Shown: positions 22,299-32,099, counted from the stretch's first letter. The stretch is 64,000 nucleotides of DNA from an uncultured Gammaproteobacteria bacterium (GCA_964352085.1 CAYGPN010000001.1:243426-307425); one strand, 5' to 3'. Made by a program: numbers and translations. Notes: generated from the letters alone by a model not told the origin.

Positions 22299-22394
22299 TT
22301 AGTCCTCCCGCGTATTTATGCGCATTTTGAGTTAATCACGCATTGGTTAAGACCTTGTTAAGGATGTATTTATCTATAGTCTTAGCCCAAGTTT

Positions 22395-23531
22395 TTAAGA
22401 TTCAGGATCTCTAAGGTGATGAAGCTCCATTTGCTCACCAAAAATACTCATAAACCTAGAATAATCAGGTTCTTTAGCCCAAATCTCATCCATCAAATCA
22501 TCTCTAGTCTTAATATGACGGTATTCATTTATATAGCCAAGCCTATCTAATAGCAAGACCTGGCGCCTTGCTCTGCCAGAATTAAGTTCATTAATAATGT
22601 TCATTATAAAATTAAGAGCATCTTCTATTGTTCTTATGGTGTAATCTGGCAAACCTGCATACAAGTCAAAACTATCATTCCCTGATCTTTGCATTCCAAG
22701 ACGCATGGCAATTGCAGTTTGCGCCCCTAACATAGAAGGATTAGTAAGTCCTTGCATTTGATTGAAATGACAAGCAAGTTCTAATGATAGTTCTTTATTT
22801 AAGTCTTGAGGTCTTTCTTTGATCTCATCTTTTAGTTTTTCAATAGAAAACATAAATGAATTTTCTATACACGAAAAAATTTCCTGCATTCCAAGCAGAT
22901 GATTAAGTTCAAATTTATGTGATAACTGTTCTCGACAAAAAGGTTCTACAGCTTTCTTAAAATCGAGCCCATACCAAATAACAAAATCATCAACTGCTAA
23001 AAGTTGCTCTAAATATTCCTGAGCTTTCCTTTCATGAGGAAAGCTTAATGAAATAAATGTAGGTTCTCTACCATTTTCAATTAAATTTGAAATATTCCTG
23101 TTTAGAAATTCAGCACCTTCTTGTCCAAAGATCTTTTCACTTAAATCCAAAGTAAATGGTGGCAAGTCTTTCATCACTGACTTTAGCCTTTCTCTGGTTT
23201 GAGCTGGTTCACAAAAATATTTAGATTCTAGAGCTTCTCTAAGTTCTCTAAAACTGGAGATGCTATGGCCACTAGCTTTAGCATAGGCTCTAGCACTTGC
23301 CATAAGTAGATCTAAATTCTTGAACTCCACTTCAAAAAGATCTCTATTATTCTTAACACGATCAAAACGACTTCTAAAAGAGTCTTTCCCTGAAGCTAAT
23401 CTATTTCTAAACTCTAAAAAATAATCTGCACTTGGCTCACCTGAGAAGCTAATTACTGGTTTTACTTCTTTATTAAAAGCATAGTTCCAAGCACTATTGC
23501 CAAGACTAGCCATTCGATCCCAGATCCCCAT
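22395..23531 (-). CDS. Hypothetical helical protein
   Basis: 378-aa ORF, no recognised motif. Confidence 0.65.
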   Translation of the reverse strand: MGIWDRMASLGNSAWNYAFNKEVKPVISFSGEPSADYFLEFRNRLASGKDSFRSRFDRVKNNRDLFEVEFKNLDLLMASARAYAKASGHSISSFRELREALESKYFCEPAQTRERLKSVMKDLPPFTLDLSEKIFGQEGAEFLNRNISNLIENGREPTFISLSFPHERKAQEYLEQLLAVDDFVIWYGLDFKKAVEPFCREQLSHKFELNHLLGMQEIFSCIENSFMFSIEKLKDEIKERPQDLNKELSLELACHFNQMQGLTNPSMLGAQTAIAMRLGMQRSGNDSFDLYAGLPDYTIRTIEDALNFIMNIINELNSGRARRQVLLLDRLGYINEYRHIKTRDDLMDEIWAKEPDYSRFMSIFGEQMELHHLRDPES

Positions 23532-23549
23532 GAGATCAGTCTAGCAAAA

Positions 23550-24050
23550 TTAAAGTTTTTTAGGTTTAAGAACCTTAGCACCCCTAGTCAGAGCAAGGGT
23601 TCCAGTACGTGCTATCTCACGAATACCGTATGGAGAGATAAGCTGCAGCATCGCATTTACCTTCTCAGAATCACCAGTAGATTCTATAGTCACAGACTCA
23701 TCAGAAACATCTACTATGCGTCCTCTAAAAAGTTCAGCAATTTCTATAATCTCTGCGCGGTGTGTTTTAGTAGAAACTTTAACTAAAGCTAGCTCCCTAC
23801 CTACAAAGCCTTCAGTAGTTGTAAGGTTAGTGATTTTAATTACATTTATAAGTTTATGGAGTTGTTTTTGAATTTGCTCAACATGCTCAACATTGGTAAC
23901 AATAGTCATACGACTAAGACCTTCAGTTTCTGAAGCGCCCACTGTTAAACTTTCAATGTTATAACCACGACGACTAAATAAACCAGAGATTCTAGCCAAA
24001 ACTCCTGATTCATTCTCTACTAATACTGATAGTACGTTCTGTTTAGACAT
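23550..24050 (-). CDS. ilvN: Acetolactate synthase small subunit
   Basis: LSVLVENESGVLARISGLFSRRGYNIESL ACT domain; EIARTG. Confidence 0.95.
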   Translation of the reverse strand: MSKQNVLSVLVENESGVLARISGLFSRRGYNIESLTVGASETEGLSRMTIVTNVEHVEQIQKQLHKLINVIKITNLTTTEGFVGRELALVKVSTKTHRAEIIEIAELFRGRIVDVSDESVTIESTGDSEKVNAMLQLISPYGIREIARTGTLALTRGAKVLKPKKL

Positions 24051-24151
24051 TGCAATTAGTACTTAATTTATTGTGCCCTTCTGCTGAATTAATAAAACGG
24101 CTCGAACCTATAATAGCATTTACATAATTAAGACTGCTAATTTACAATTAA

Positions 24152-24577
24152 CTATTCAATTAAATCTATTCTGCTTTGATGTCTTCCAGCTTCAAAATCA
24201 GTATTAAGCCAAGCATCAATAATTTTTATAGCATCATCATTAGAAATGAATCTAGCTGGCAAGCATAGAATGTTTGAGTCGTTATGCTGGCGGCTAAGTT
24301 TTGCTATCTCAGCATTCCAAGCAAGAGCTGCTCTGATACCTTTTACTTTATTCGCTGTAATACTAACGCCAATACCAGAGCCACAAGTAAGAATACCTCT
24401 AGAGCCATTTGATGCTACTTCATTAGCTAAAGATTTGGCATAGATAGGGTAATGCACAGATTCCGTGCTATCACAACCATGATCTTTCACATCAAATTTG
24501 AGTGACTCAAGATAAGATTTGATGAATTCCTTCATCTCATATCCTGCATGATCTGATCCTATAGATATTTGAGGCAT
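24152..24577 (-). CDS. rpiB: Ribose-5-phosphate isomerase B
   Basis: GSDHAG, CGSGIG, ANKVKGIRAA, HNDSN, FEAGRH. Confidence 0.95.
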   Translation of the reverse strand: MPQISIGSDHAGYEMKEFIKSYLESLKFDVKDHGCDSTESVHYPIYAKSLANEVASNGSRGILTCGSGIGVSITANKVKGIRAALAWNAEIAKLSRQHNDSNILCLPARFISNDDAIKIIDAWLNTDFEAGRHQSRIDLIE

Positions 24578-24587
24578 AAGTTTATAG

Positions 24588-25136
24588 TTAAGCTGAAAGA
24601 AGCTGACGCATCTGCTTAAGTTTAGATTTAACTGAAGAGTCTAAAACCTTATCACCGACATTAACTTTAATACCAGCGATTAAAGATTCATCGATGTGAG
24701 TTTCTAGCTCTAGTTTCTTAGCAAAGATTTTTTCAAGTCTAGTCTTGATCTCTTCTACTTGCGCGCTTGTAAGTTCTTTAGCAGAGCTTAATTTAGCAAC
24801 ATCAATGTTTTGTTTTTTAAAAACCAGTTCTTTAAAATAAGAATGAAGAGTAGGAGCCACATTAAGTCTTCCTTTCTCAAGAAGAAGCATAAGAAGCTTA
24901 TTAGTTTCTTCACAAATATTAGTTTTAAAAAGTTTCTCTAGAGCTTTTTTCTTGTCAACTGGATCAACGCTTGGGTGATCCATAAACATGCGAAATTGCT
25001 CGTTTTGTTCAAAGACTTCTTTAATTACAGTTAGATCCACTTGAACCTTTGCTTCACTACCATTTTTATCAGCAATAGCAAAGAGAGCTTCAGCGTATCT
25101 TTTAGAAATTTTCTCTAATCCAATTGTTTTGCTCAT
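24588..25136 (-). CDS. atpH: ATP synthase F1 delta subunit
   Basis: KRYAEALF...IDESLIAGIKVNVGDKVLDSS. Confidence 0.93.
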   Translation of the reverse strand: MSKTIGLEKISKRYAEALFAIADKNGSEAKVQVDLTVIKEVFEQNEQFRMFMDHPSVDPVDKKKALEKLFKTNICEETNKLLMLLLEKGRLNVAPTLHSYFKELVFKKQNIDVAKLSSAKELTSAQVEEIKTRLEKIFAKKLELETHIDESLIAGIKVNVGDKVLDSSVKSKLKQMRQLLSA

Positions 25137-25657
25137 TAGTTTATCGAAGCCCCTTGTTTTTCTAAATCGTTAACAAATTTATCTTGAATATTACGAAGAA
25201 CTTTCTCGTCTTTTGTTGATTGACGAACACTTTCTTCAGTCAAAGCGATAGCAGCTTTAGTAGCCATATTTTTAATAACTTGGATAGCTGAATTTTGTTT
25301 AGCTTGAATATCTTTTTCAGCTTGATCTTTCATGCGCTCAATCTGATCTTTAGTTTCAACTAAAGTCTCATCTTTAATCTTTGCAGCCATTTCCTCTGCT
25401 TGAGCAACTATCTTTTTAAGCTCATCATCACTACCTGATAATTTCTTAGACAATTCATCTAGTTTCTTTTCAGCAGAAAGGCGAGCCTCTTTTGCTTCCT
25501 TTAATTCTGCTTCTAATTTTTCTTTATGCTCTTTAGCTGACTTTGGCAAAATCTTTAATATAAGGAATACCAAAGCAGCTGCAACAACCACAAAGTTTAG
25601 GAGGTTGCTTTCAAGGATTAATCCCATCAAATCTGTTTCATGACCAGTTCCGTGCAT
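25136..25657 (-). CDS. atpF: ATP synthase F0 subunit b
   Basis: ILESNLLNF TM helix then coiled coil; position in the cluster. Confidence 0.85.
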   Translation of the reverse strand: MHGTGHETDLMGLILESNLLNFVVVAAALVFLILKILPKSAKEHKEKLEAELKEAKEARLSAEKKLDELSKKLSGSDDELKKIVAQAEEMAAKIKDETLVETKDQIERMKDQAEKDIQAKQNSAIQVIKNMATKAAIALTEESVRQSTKDEKVLRNIQDKFVNDLEKQGASIN

Positions 25658-26157
25658 TAAACTCCAACCTCCACTTTATTTTGTGACTTTTTTGCAAAAG
25701 CATCTTTTATTTTCTCATCAGAAAGATTAATATCAATTTCTTGATGCAAGATCTTTCCAACCATAAGAGCTGTTATCTCTCTAATAGTTGAACTTAAGTT
25801 CGAGATAGCTTTATCTTTTTCAGATTCAAGAGTTTCACTAGCTGAATGCTTCTTCGCGCGAAGCTCATCAGAATTAGCCATTACTAGCTCCTGTTTTTTG
25901 CGATGCGCTTCCTCGTTAGATTTCGACAAAATTTCAGAAGCCTTATGTCTTGCCTCAGCAAGAGCTTCTTCGTAATGCTCCACCTTAGATTCTGCTTGCA
26001 AAATAGCATCTTTAGTTCTATTTTTATCAGAATCAAGAACAGTATCTCGCTCTGCAAGCACTTTTTTAACCGGCTTAAAGAAAACCATGTTCATTAATAT
26101 AATGAACACAATAAAGCTAGGTATAAAAGCTAATGTCGTGAAATCAATTGGATCCAA
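25657..26157 (-). CDS. ATP synthase F0 subunit b'
   Basis: DFTTL...FFKPVKKVLAER, then coiled coil; TTG start. Confidence 0.85.
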   Translation of the reverse strand: MDPIDFTTLAFIPSFIVFIILMNMVFFKPVKKVLAERDTVLDSDKNRTKDAILQAESKVEHYEEALAEARHKASEILSKSNEEAHRKKQELVMANSDELRAKKHSASETLESEKDKAISNLSSTIREITALMVGKILHQEIDINLSDEKIKDAFAKKSQNKVEVGV

Positions 26158-26180
26158 TTAAAGCCTCTCTTTAACTAATC

Positions 26181-26196
26181 CCTGACCTAGGTCAGG
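26181..26196. other. Perfect 16-bp palindrome between atpE and b' (possible mRNA stability or processing stem)
   Basis: CCTGACCTAGGTCAGG. Confidence 0.5.
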
Positions 26197-26206
26197 TGAG
26201 TTTTTA

Positions 26207-26446
26207 CTACGCGCCGATTTTGCTGAACATCAAGAATGATACTAACCAAGCAAGAATTCCAAGTGCCTCAGCCATACCTGCAAAGATAATTGCGTTAGTG
26301 AAAAGTGAACCAGTGTGCTCAGGTTGTCTAGCCGCACCTTCTAGCATCTTACTTGCTGTAAGTCCTACTCCGATTGCTGGACCAGCTACTCCCATAGCTG
26401 CTAAACCTGCACCAATTGCTAAACCCATTACTTCCATTTCTGCCAT
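26207..26446 (-). CDS. atpE: ATP synthase F0 subunit c
   Basis: Gly-rich helix, ARQPE loop, conserved Glu in MAEALG. Confidence 0.97.
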   Translation of the reverse strand: MAEMEVMGLAIGAGLAAMGVAGPAIGVGLTASKMLEGAARQPEHTGSLFTNAIIFAGMAEALGILAWLVSFLMFSKIGA

Positions 26447-26700
26447 GTGATTAATATCCTTTTTTTTGACTTTGGGAATTATGCCTCAAATACGGGCTCT
26501 TCCCTGAAACCGTCGAAAATTATAGCAAATAGGCTGATCTGGCAAATCTGTATATCCTGACTGTTTATATAAACCTTATTTTTGGCTTTTTAAAGAAAAA
26601 TCTAAAAGAATAGCTGATTCCACCTATATTTACGGGATTTACTTAACCTCTCCATAAACTAAGTACGCTTCTATAAGCATGTAATCACAAGGAGATTTAC

Positions 26701-27039
26701 ATGTCATATTCAGCACAAAATATTATGCAAGCCATGGAAATGCAAAAGTATGGACAAGTTCCAATGGCCCCAAACCCAAGCCAACTTAAGGGTTATGCTG
26801 CTATCAATGAAGCAGATGGAAAGACTTTTGGTCAGACAGTTGGTTCGATGCTAAACAAAGTTAATAATGTTATGGCAGAACCAGAAAAGCTGACAATTAA
26901 AGCTGTAACAACTGGTGAAGTTGATATCCACGAAGTAATGATCGCAATGGGAAAATCTGAAGTGGCATTTAAATTACTTACTGCTGTTGCACAAAAAGGA
27001 ATTAGTGGATTCGATAAGTTGACCAATATGCAGGTGTAA
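26701..27039 (+). CDS. fliE: Flagellar hook-basal body protein FliE homolog
   Basis: TFGQ...GEVDIHEVMIAMGKSEVAFKL...LTNMQV; AAGGAG SD. Confidence 0.85.
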   Translation: MSYSAQNIMQAMEMQKYGQVPMAPNPSQLKGYAAINEADGKTFGQTVGSMLNKVNNVMAEPEKLTIKAVTTGEVDIHEVMIAMGKSEVAFKLLTAVAQKGISGFDKLTNMQV

Positions 27040-27114
27040 GAGGTCTTTACACAGTTTAGTTTTTAAGCATTTTGTCAATAACTTGAGGGAGGATCCATTA
27101 AACAGGACTCATAA

Positions 27115-28851
27115 ATGGCTGACGACGCACTAGCAGAAATAGATGAAGAAACTGGCTTGGCCCAGATGCAGGCACCTGCAGGAAATTTCTTTGAAGAGAT
27201 AATGCAAGATCCACAAAAAAGATTGTTTGCAATGGTTGGTGCTGGAGTTTTAGTACTTGCCTTAGTTTTAATAATCACAATGGGTGGCGGGCAGCGAAGC
27301 GAGAACAGAGGCAAGTTAGTGAGCTTAGTTCAAGAACTTGATCAAGCAAGAGCCTTTGAAATTATTGCAAAGTTAAAAGTTGTTAACATCGAAGCAAAAG
27401 TAGTACCAAGTGAAAAGCCTGGCGAGTATGTTGTGCAAGTTTACGAAAACGCTGTTGAAACTGCTTACTTAAATCTTTCTAGAACCAATCTTTTATTAGA
27501 TGAAGGCTACGGTCTATTTGACCAATCCGACTGGGCAGCTAGTGACTACGATAAACGTATCAAACTTACTAGAGCTATTAATGGTGATCTTTCTAGAATC
27601 ATAAGTCGCATGGATGGTGTGCGCGGCGCAATTGTTAGAGTAAACATTCCAGAACAACAACTTTTCACAGAGTTTCAAGCAGCAACTACAGCAAGTGTTC
27701 AAGTTGAATTACAAAATGAAGCTGACGAACTTGCTAAAACTGAAGTTAAAAGTATAGTGAATATGCTTCGTGGTTATGTACCAAACCTAGACAAAGAAAG
27801 AATTTCAATTGTTGACACGCAAGGCAACAATTACAGCACTTTTAAAGATGAAGATGAAAGTTCAACAGATGATTACATCGATGAGATCGAAAGAATCAAT
27901 AAAACAATTAAAAAAAGAATTGCTAGATACTTAGATGATGTAATTGGAAACGAGAAATTTAAAGTGAGCGTGAGCGCTTCTTTAAGTCGTGAAAGAGTTC
28001 AAAAACAACAGACTATTTATTCAGAAGGTGCTGTTGGTCAAAGACAGCTTGGTCAAGAGACTCTAGCTTCAGGTGGCTCTGGTGCTGCTGGACCTGCTGT
28101 AGCAAGTGGTAAAAACTATAATCAAAGCTCAACATCAGAAACTTTATATCCAAGCTTTGAGCAACAAAGCGTAACTTTACTTCCAGGTAGAGTAACGAAT
28201 GTTACTGTTGCTTTAGCTGTAGATAAATCAGTTCCAGCTTTAATGTCACTTAAGCAGCTTCAAGAAAGCGTAGCTGCAATAGTTGGACCAAATGCTCTTC
28301 CAGAGCATATTAAGATCGTAGTTACTGACCTGGTTAATCCTGGTGGTGAAGGCGCTCCCCCATTACTTCAAAAAGAAGCTAGCGGTGGTATCGTAGGCTT
28401 TTTCCAATTCGATGGATTCAAGGATGCCTTCTTTAAAATCTTTTCTGTAATTGGTACAATCTTTGGTTTACTTATAATTGGAATCATTGGCTTGAATTTC
28501 TTAAACGCTGCAGCTAACCAAGAAAGCAAAACTACTGTTGATGCAAATCTTGGAAGCGAATTCGATGACCTCTTGCATGAGGAAGAGGACATGGGTGAAG
28601 ATTTTGGCGAAAAAAAGGCTCTTAAACAACAAGAAGCTCTTTTACAAGAGATGTTAAATGCTCAGCAAAGAGCAGAGCCAGCTACAGCAACAGCTGTTAA
28701 AGAAAAGCCTAAAACTAAAACAGAGGCAAGTGCTGATGACCAAAAAGTAGAGTTTGAAGGTTTATTAAATAATTTTCAAAATGCAGCACAAAATCAACCA
28801 GACATTCTAGCTAAAAAGATTGAAATGTGGCTTGATGAAGACGAAGAATAA
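27115..28851 (+). CDS. fliF: MS-ring protein FliF homolog (divergent)
   Basis: N-terminal TM, GYGLFD, RAINGDLSRII...GVRGAIV...PEQQLF...TASV, LDKERISIVDTQG, second TM, C-terminal PDILAKKIEMWL. Confidence 0.85.
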   Translation: MADDALAEIDEETGLAQMQAPAGNFFEEIMQDPQKRLFAMVGAGVLVLALVLIITMGGGQRSENRGKLVSLVQELDQARAFEIIAKLKVVNIEAKVVPSEKPGEYVVQVYENAVETAYLNLSRTNLLLDEGYGLFDQSDWAASDYDKRIKLTRAINGDLSRIISRMDGVRGAIVRVNIPEQQLFTEFQAATTASVQVELQNEADELAKTEVKSIVNMLRGYVPNLDKERISIVDTQGNNYSTFKDEDESSTDDYIDEIERINKTIKKRIARYLDDVIGNEKFKVSVSASLSRERVQKQQTIYSEGAVGQRQLGQETLASGGSGAAGPAVASGKNYNQSSTSETLYPSFEQQSVTLLPGRVTNVTVALAVDKSVPALMSLKQLQESVAAIVGPNALPEHIKIVVTDLVNPGGEGAPPLLQKEASGGIVGFFQFDGFKDAFFKIFSVIGTIFGLLIIGIIGLNFLNAAANQESKTTVDANLGSEFDDLLHEEEDMGEDFGEKKALKQQEALLQEMLNAQQRAEPATATAVKEKPKTKTEASADDQKVEFEGLLNNFQNAAQNQPDILAKKIEMWLDEDEE

Positions 28852-28941
28852 AAGTTTCTCGAATTAACGGGCATAAAAAGAAAGTATATAAAAAATAAAT
28901 AATGATTAGGTCTAGGTCAAATGGGGGAATATAGACAATAG

Positions 28942-29307
28942 ATGGAGCAAAAGCTAAAAACATTAACTTTAATACTTCGCTCACTGCCACCGATGCTACA
29001 AACAATGATAGTGCAGAAACTACCTGCGCAAGTTGTTGAGAAACTAGCTACCCTAGAGCTTTCTATCGAAGAAGAGCTTACTGAAGAGGACTGGGAGAGC
29101 TTTTACGAGTCATGGCCTGAGCTGGCTTCGATGCTAGGTAATGTCAAGCAAGAAGCAAAATCTGAAGAAGTAAAAAACTTAATGATTACAGAAAGACCGA
29201 AAATACGGGATTATATAGCTTACAGAACAGGAAAATCTGAAGAAAGACCCAATTTACCCAGCTCAATTTGTAAAATAGTTGATCAAACGGTGATTAAAGC
29301 ATGCTAA
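28942..29307 (+). CDS. FliG N-terminal-domain-like small protein
   Basis: Sits between fliF and fliH; LILRSLP...IVQKLP...VEKLA resembles FliG-N; only 121 aa. Confidence 0.5.
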   Translation: MEQKLKTLTLILRSLPPMLQTMIVQKLPAQVVEKLATLELSIEEELTEEDWESFYESWPELASMLGNVKQEAKSEEVKNLMITERPKIRDYIAYRTGKSEERPNLPSSICKIVDQTVIKAC

Positions 29308-30842
29308 TCAAAAAAGCAAAACTGAAAACAAGCGGCTTCGCCGAGCCCGAGATCCGCATTGATGTAGATCAGCTTAGCTCTGATATTAACCACATGCAAG
29401 ATCTTGAAATTCCTCAAAATTTAGTTCAAGAACGAATTGAAGTTTTAGTAAAAGAACAAGAAGAAAGATTAGTCCAAAAAGAAGAACGAGCAGAAAGAGA
29501 AATCGCTGCAAAGATTCAAGAAGCTCAAGCAGAAGCTAATAAAATTATCCAAGAAGCTGAAGTCCAAAAAGCAGAAAGTGAAAAATCTATTGAAGAAGCT
29601 AAGGCTAAATTAGAAGCTGAGACGGAGACCTTAAAAGCTCATATAAATAGTGAAAAACAAAAAGGCTACGAAGAAGGCTTTAAGGAAGGTGAGGAGCTAA
29701 CGAGTGAATTTAAAGCAATACTCGCAACTTTCCAAAACACTAAAGCTGATATCATGCACGAAGCTAAAAATGAAATTGCAGCTATTGCAATTGATGTTAC
29801 AAAACAACTTATAAAAAAGGAAGTCGCTAAAGGTTCAAGCATATTAAAAGATCAGATAAATGATGCAATTAAGAAAGTAGTTCGAGGCAAAGGTAAAGTC
29901 CAAATTCACGTAAGCCCGTTAGATCTAGCTTCAGCAAGGGATTTAGAGCCCAAACTAATGAAGACTTTAGACCCTGCAATAAAACTAGTCTTTTCAGAGG
30001 ATGAAAGAATTATCCCTGGAAGTTGCATAATAGAAACAAAGGGAGGAAAGTTTGATGCGAACTTTAGTACGCAACTTAAAACTATCCAAACTGCTTTTTC
30101 AAATTATTTAAATTATCAAGTAGAAGATTTACCCCAAGAGGAGTTAAAGGGGAATAAAGAAAGAGAGGAAGAAAAAATGCCTGCAAAAAAGAACAAAAGC
30201 ACAACAGCAAAAAAAACTACAACTAGTAAAAAGACTAGTAAAGCTTCAAGCTCAAAAAACAAAGTAGTTGCGACCATGAAAACCTCTTCGACAAAATCTA
30301 CTGCGAAGAAAACTACAAGTAAAGGCAGCGCTGCCACTAAAAAAAAAGACCAAATAGAAAATGAAGTCTTGGATGATGAATTAGAAGCTTTACTTGAAGC
30401 TTTTGATATGCCCGAAGATGAAACTGACCCTGCAGAACTCGCAAAATTATTTACAGACGATGATGACTCAGAAATAGAGAAGATAACTAAAGATGCAGAT
30501 ATCCCGACTGTAGCCACAGCAGTCCAAGCTGAAGTAGTCCCAGAGAGTCCTGAAGATCTAGATGAGTACGGCATCCCTATATCAAAAGAAGAGAAAATCA
30601 TTAAACATGATGAAGACAGAGTAGTTGATTTTGACTATGATGACACTCTCGATGATTACAAAACCAGAACATATAAAGATTACGAAGGTACTGGCTTTGA
30701 TGAAGACGATAATGAATTTGATCCAGGTCATTTCAGGCAACATCACGAGGAAGACGAAGAGCCTCCTGAGGATGGTCATTTTAAAGAAGCATATGATGAT
30801 TATGTGCCAGGCGATGAGATACTTCCAAAAGATATCAATTAA
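29301..30842 (+). CDS. fliH: FliH/SctL family protein with a long basic-then-acidic C-terminal extension
   Basis: GYEEGFKEG GxxxG repeats, IHVSPLDL, DERIIPGSCIIETKGGKFDA; about 240 extra residues. Confidence 0.8.
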   Translation: MLIKKAKLKTSGFAEPEIRIDVDQLSSDINHMQDLEIPQNLVQERIEVLVKEQEERLVQKEERAEREIAAKIQEAQAEANKIIQEAEVQKAESEKSIEEAKAKLEAETETLKAHINSEKQKGYEEGFKEGEELTSEFKAILATFQNTKADIMHEAKNEIAAIAIDVTKQLIKKEVAKGSSILKDQINDAIKKVVRGKGKVQIHVSPLDLASARDLEPKLMKTLDPAIKLVFSEDERIIPGSCIIETKGGKFDANFSTQLKTIQTAFSNYLNYQVEDLPQEELKGNKEREEEKMPAKKNKSTTAKKTTTSKKTSKASSSKNKVVATMKTSSTKSTAKKTTSKGSAATKKKDQIENEVLDDELEALLEAFDMPEDETDPAELAKLFTDDDDSEIEKITKDADIPTVATAVQAEVVPESPEDLDEYGIPISKEEKIIKHDEDRVVDFDYDDTLDDYKTRTYKDYEGTGFDEDDNEFDPGHFRQHHEEDEEPPEDGHFKEAYDDYVPGDEILPKDIN

Positions 30843-30859
30843 TTGATACAATAAGGAGC

Positions 30860-31426
30860 ATGACAATGCTCGAAACAACAGTTAAAGCAGAATACACCCC
30901 GAATCCAAACAGCATTAAATTTGTTTGTAGTGAGAAATTGTATCCAGCAGGTACGCTAACTTACGCAAGCCAAGAAGAGGCTCAAGTTAACCCTATGGCA
31001 AAAAGACTTTTTGAAGTTACAGGAGTGACTAAAGTTTTTATAATGGCAAACTTCACAACAGTTGATAAAAATGACGATATCAACTGGAAAGACATTCACC
31101 TTGAAATAAAAGAAATTATAAAAGAAGAATTAGAGAATCTTCACAAATGGGCTGAAGAAAATGCCCCAGCTCTTAAAGAAAGTCATGGTGAAGACGATGA
31201 GAAACGCGCAAAAATTGAAGCGGTTCTTGATAAAATTCGCCCAGCTCTTGTTGCTGATGGCGGTAATATCGAGCTTGTAGATATTGTAGACACTGATGTT
31301 AGGCTTCGCATGGTTGGCGCGTGCGGGACTTGCCCAAGCGCTATGATGACCATGAAAATGGGAGTAGAAAGAGCATTAACTGCTGAGCTTCCAGATATGG
31401 TTGAAACAGTTACCCAAGTATACTAA
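30860..31426 (+). CDS. NfuA/NifU-family Fe-S carrier (Nfu_N + NifU_C)
   Basis: TPNPNSIKF; IRPALVADGGNIEL...GACGTCPSA. Confidence 0.9.
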   Translation: MTMLETTVKAEYTPNPNSIKFVCSEKLYPAGTLTYASQEEAQVNPMAKRLFEVTGVTKVFIMANFTTVDKNDDINWKDIHLEIKEIIKEELENLHKWAEENAPALKESHGEDDEKRAKIEAVLDKIRPALVADGGNIELVDIVDTDVRLRMVGACGTCPSAMMTMKMGVERALTAELPDMVETVTQVY

Positions 31427-31448
31427 AACAGATTAATTCAAAAACTAA

Positions 31449-32099
31449 GTGATTGAACTAAAAAATATTTCTAAAAAATATGACGGTGCAATTAGCCCTG
31501 TAGTAGAAAATCTTTCTTTTAGCCTTGAAAAAGCTAAGTGTTTGGCTTTGCTAGGAGAAAGCGGCTCTGGCAAAACAACTATTCTTAAAATGATTAATGG
31601 CTTAATAAAACCTGACTCAGGCATTATTAAAGTAGACTCAAAAGATATTAATGAGTACAAAGACCAAGATTTAAAAAGAAAAGTAGCTTATTATTTTCAA
31701 AAAGGCTTGCTTTTCCCTCATCTAACTGTCGAAGAAAATATAAGCCTTCCACTTTTAGCAGCTGGAAGAAATAAAAAGCAGGCACATGTTTGCGCTCTTG
31801 ATCTTATGAATTTAATGGAAATGGACCCAAAACTTTTCCTAAGCAGGTATCCTCACGAGCTCTCCGGTGGTCAATCACAGAGAATCAGCCTAGCTCAATC
31901 TATAGCAGCGCACCCAAGCGTACTTTTACTAGACGAGCCTTTTAGCGGTTTAGATACCAAGACTAAATTTAGCCTCATGGAAAAAATACTTGAGATCAAA
32001 GACGAGCTTAAAAAAACTATCATTCTTGTAACTCACAATGAAGAAGAAGCTAAATTCCTAGCTGACGAAGTTTTAGAAATCAAGGGTGGTGCCCATTGA
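31449..32099 (+). CDS. ABC transporter ATPase (osmoprotectant type)
   Basis: GESGSGKT, LSGGQ, LLLDEPF. Confidence 0.9.
   Translation: MIELKNISKKYDGAISPVVENLSFSLEKAKCLALLGESGSGKTTILKMINGLIKPDSGIIKVDSKDINEYKDQDLKRKVAYYFQKGLLFPHLTVEENISLPLLAAGRNKKQAHVCALDLMNLMEMDPKLFLSRYPHELSGGQSQRISLAQSIAAHPSVLLLDEPFSGLDTKTKFSLMEKILEIKDELKKTIILVTHNEEEAKFLADEVLEIKGGAH

Noticed and set aside
26196-26450. 84-aa plus-strand ORF
   Set aside because: Antisense shadow of atpE
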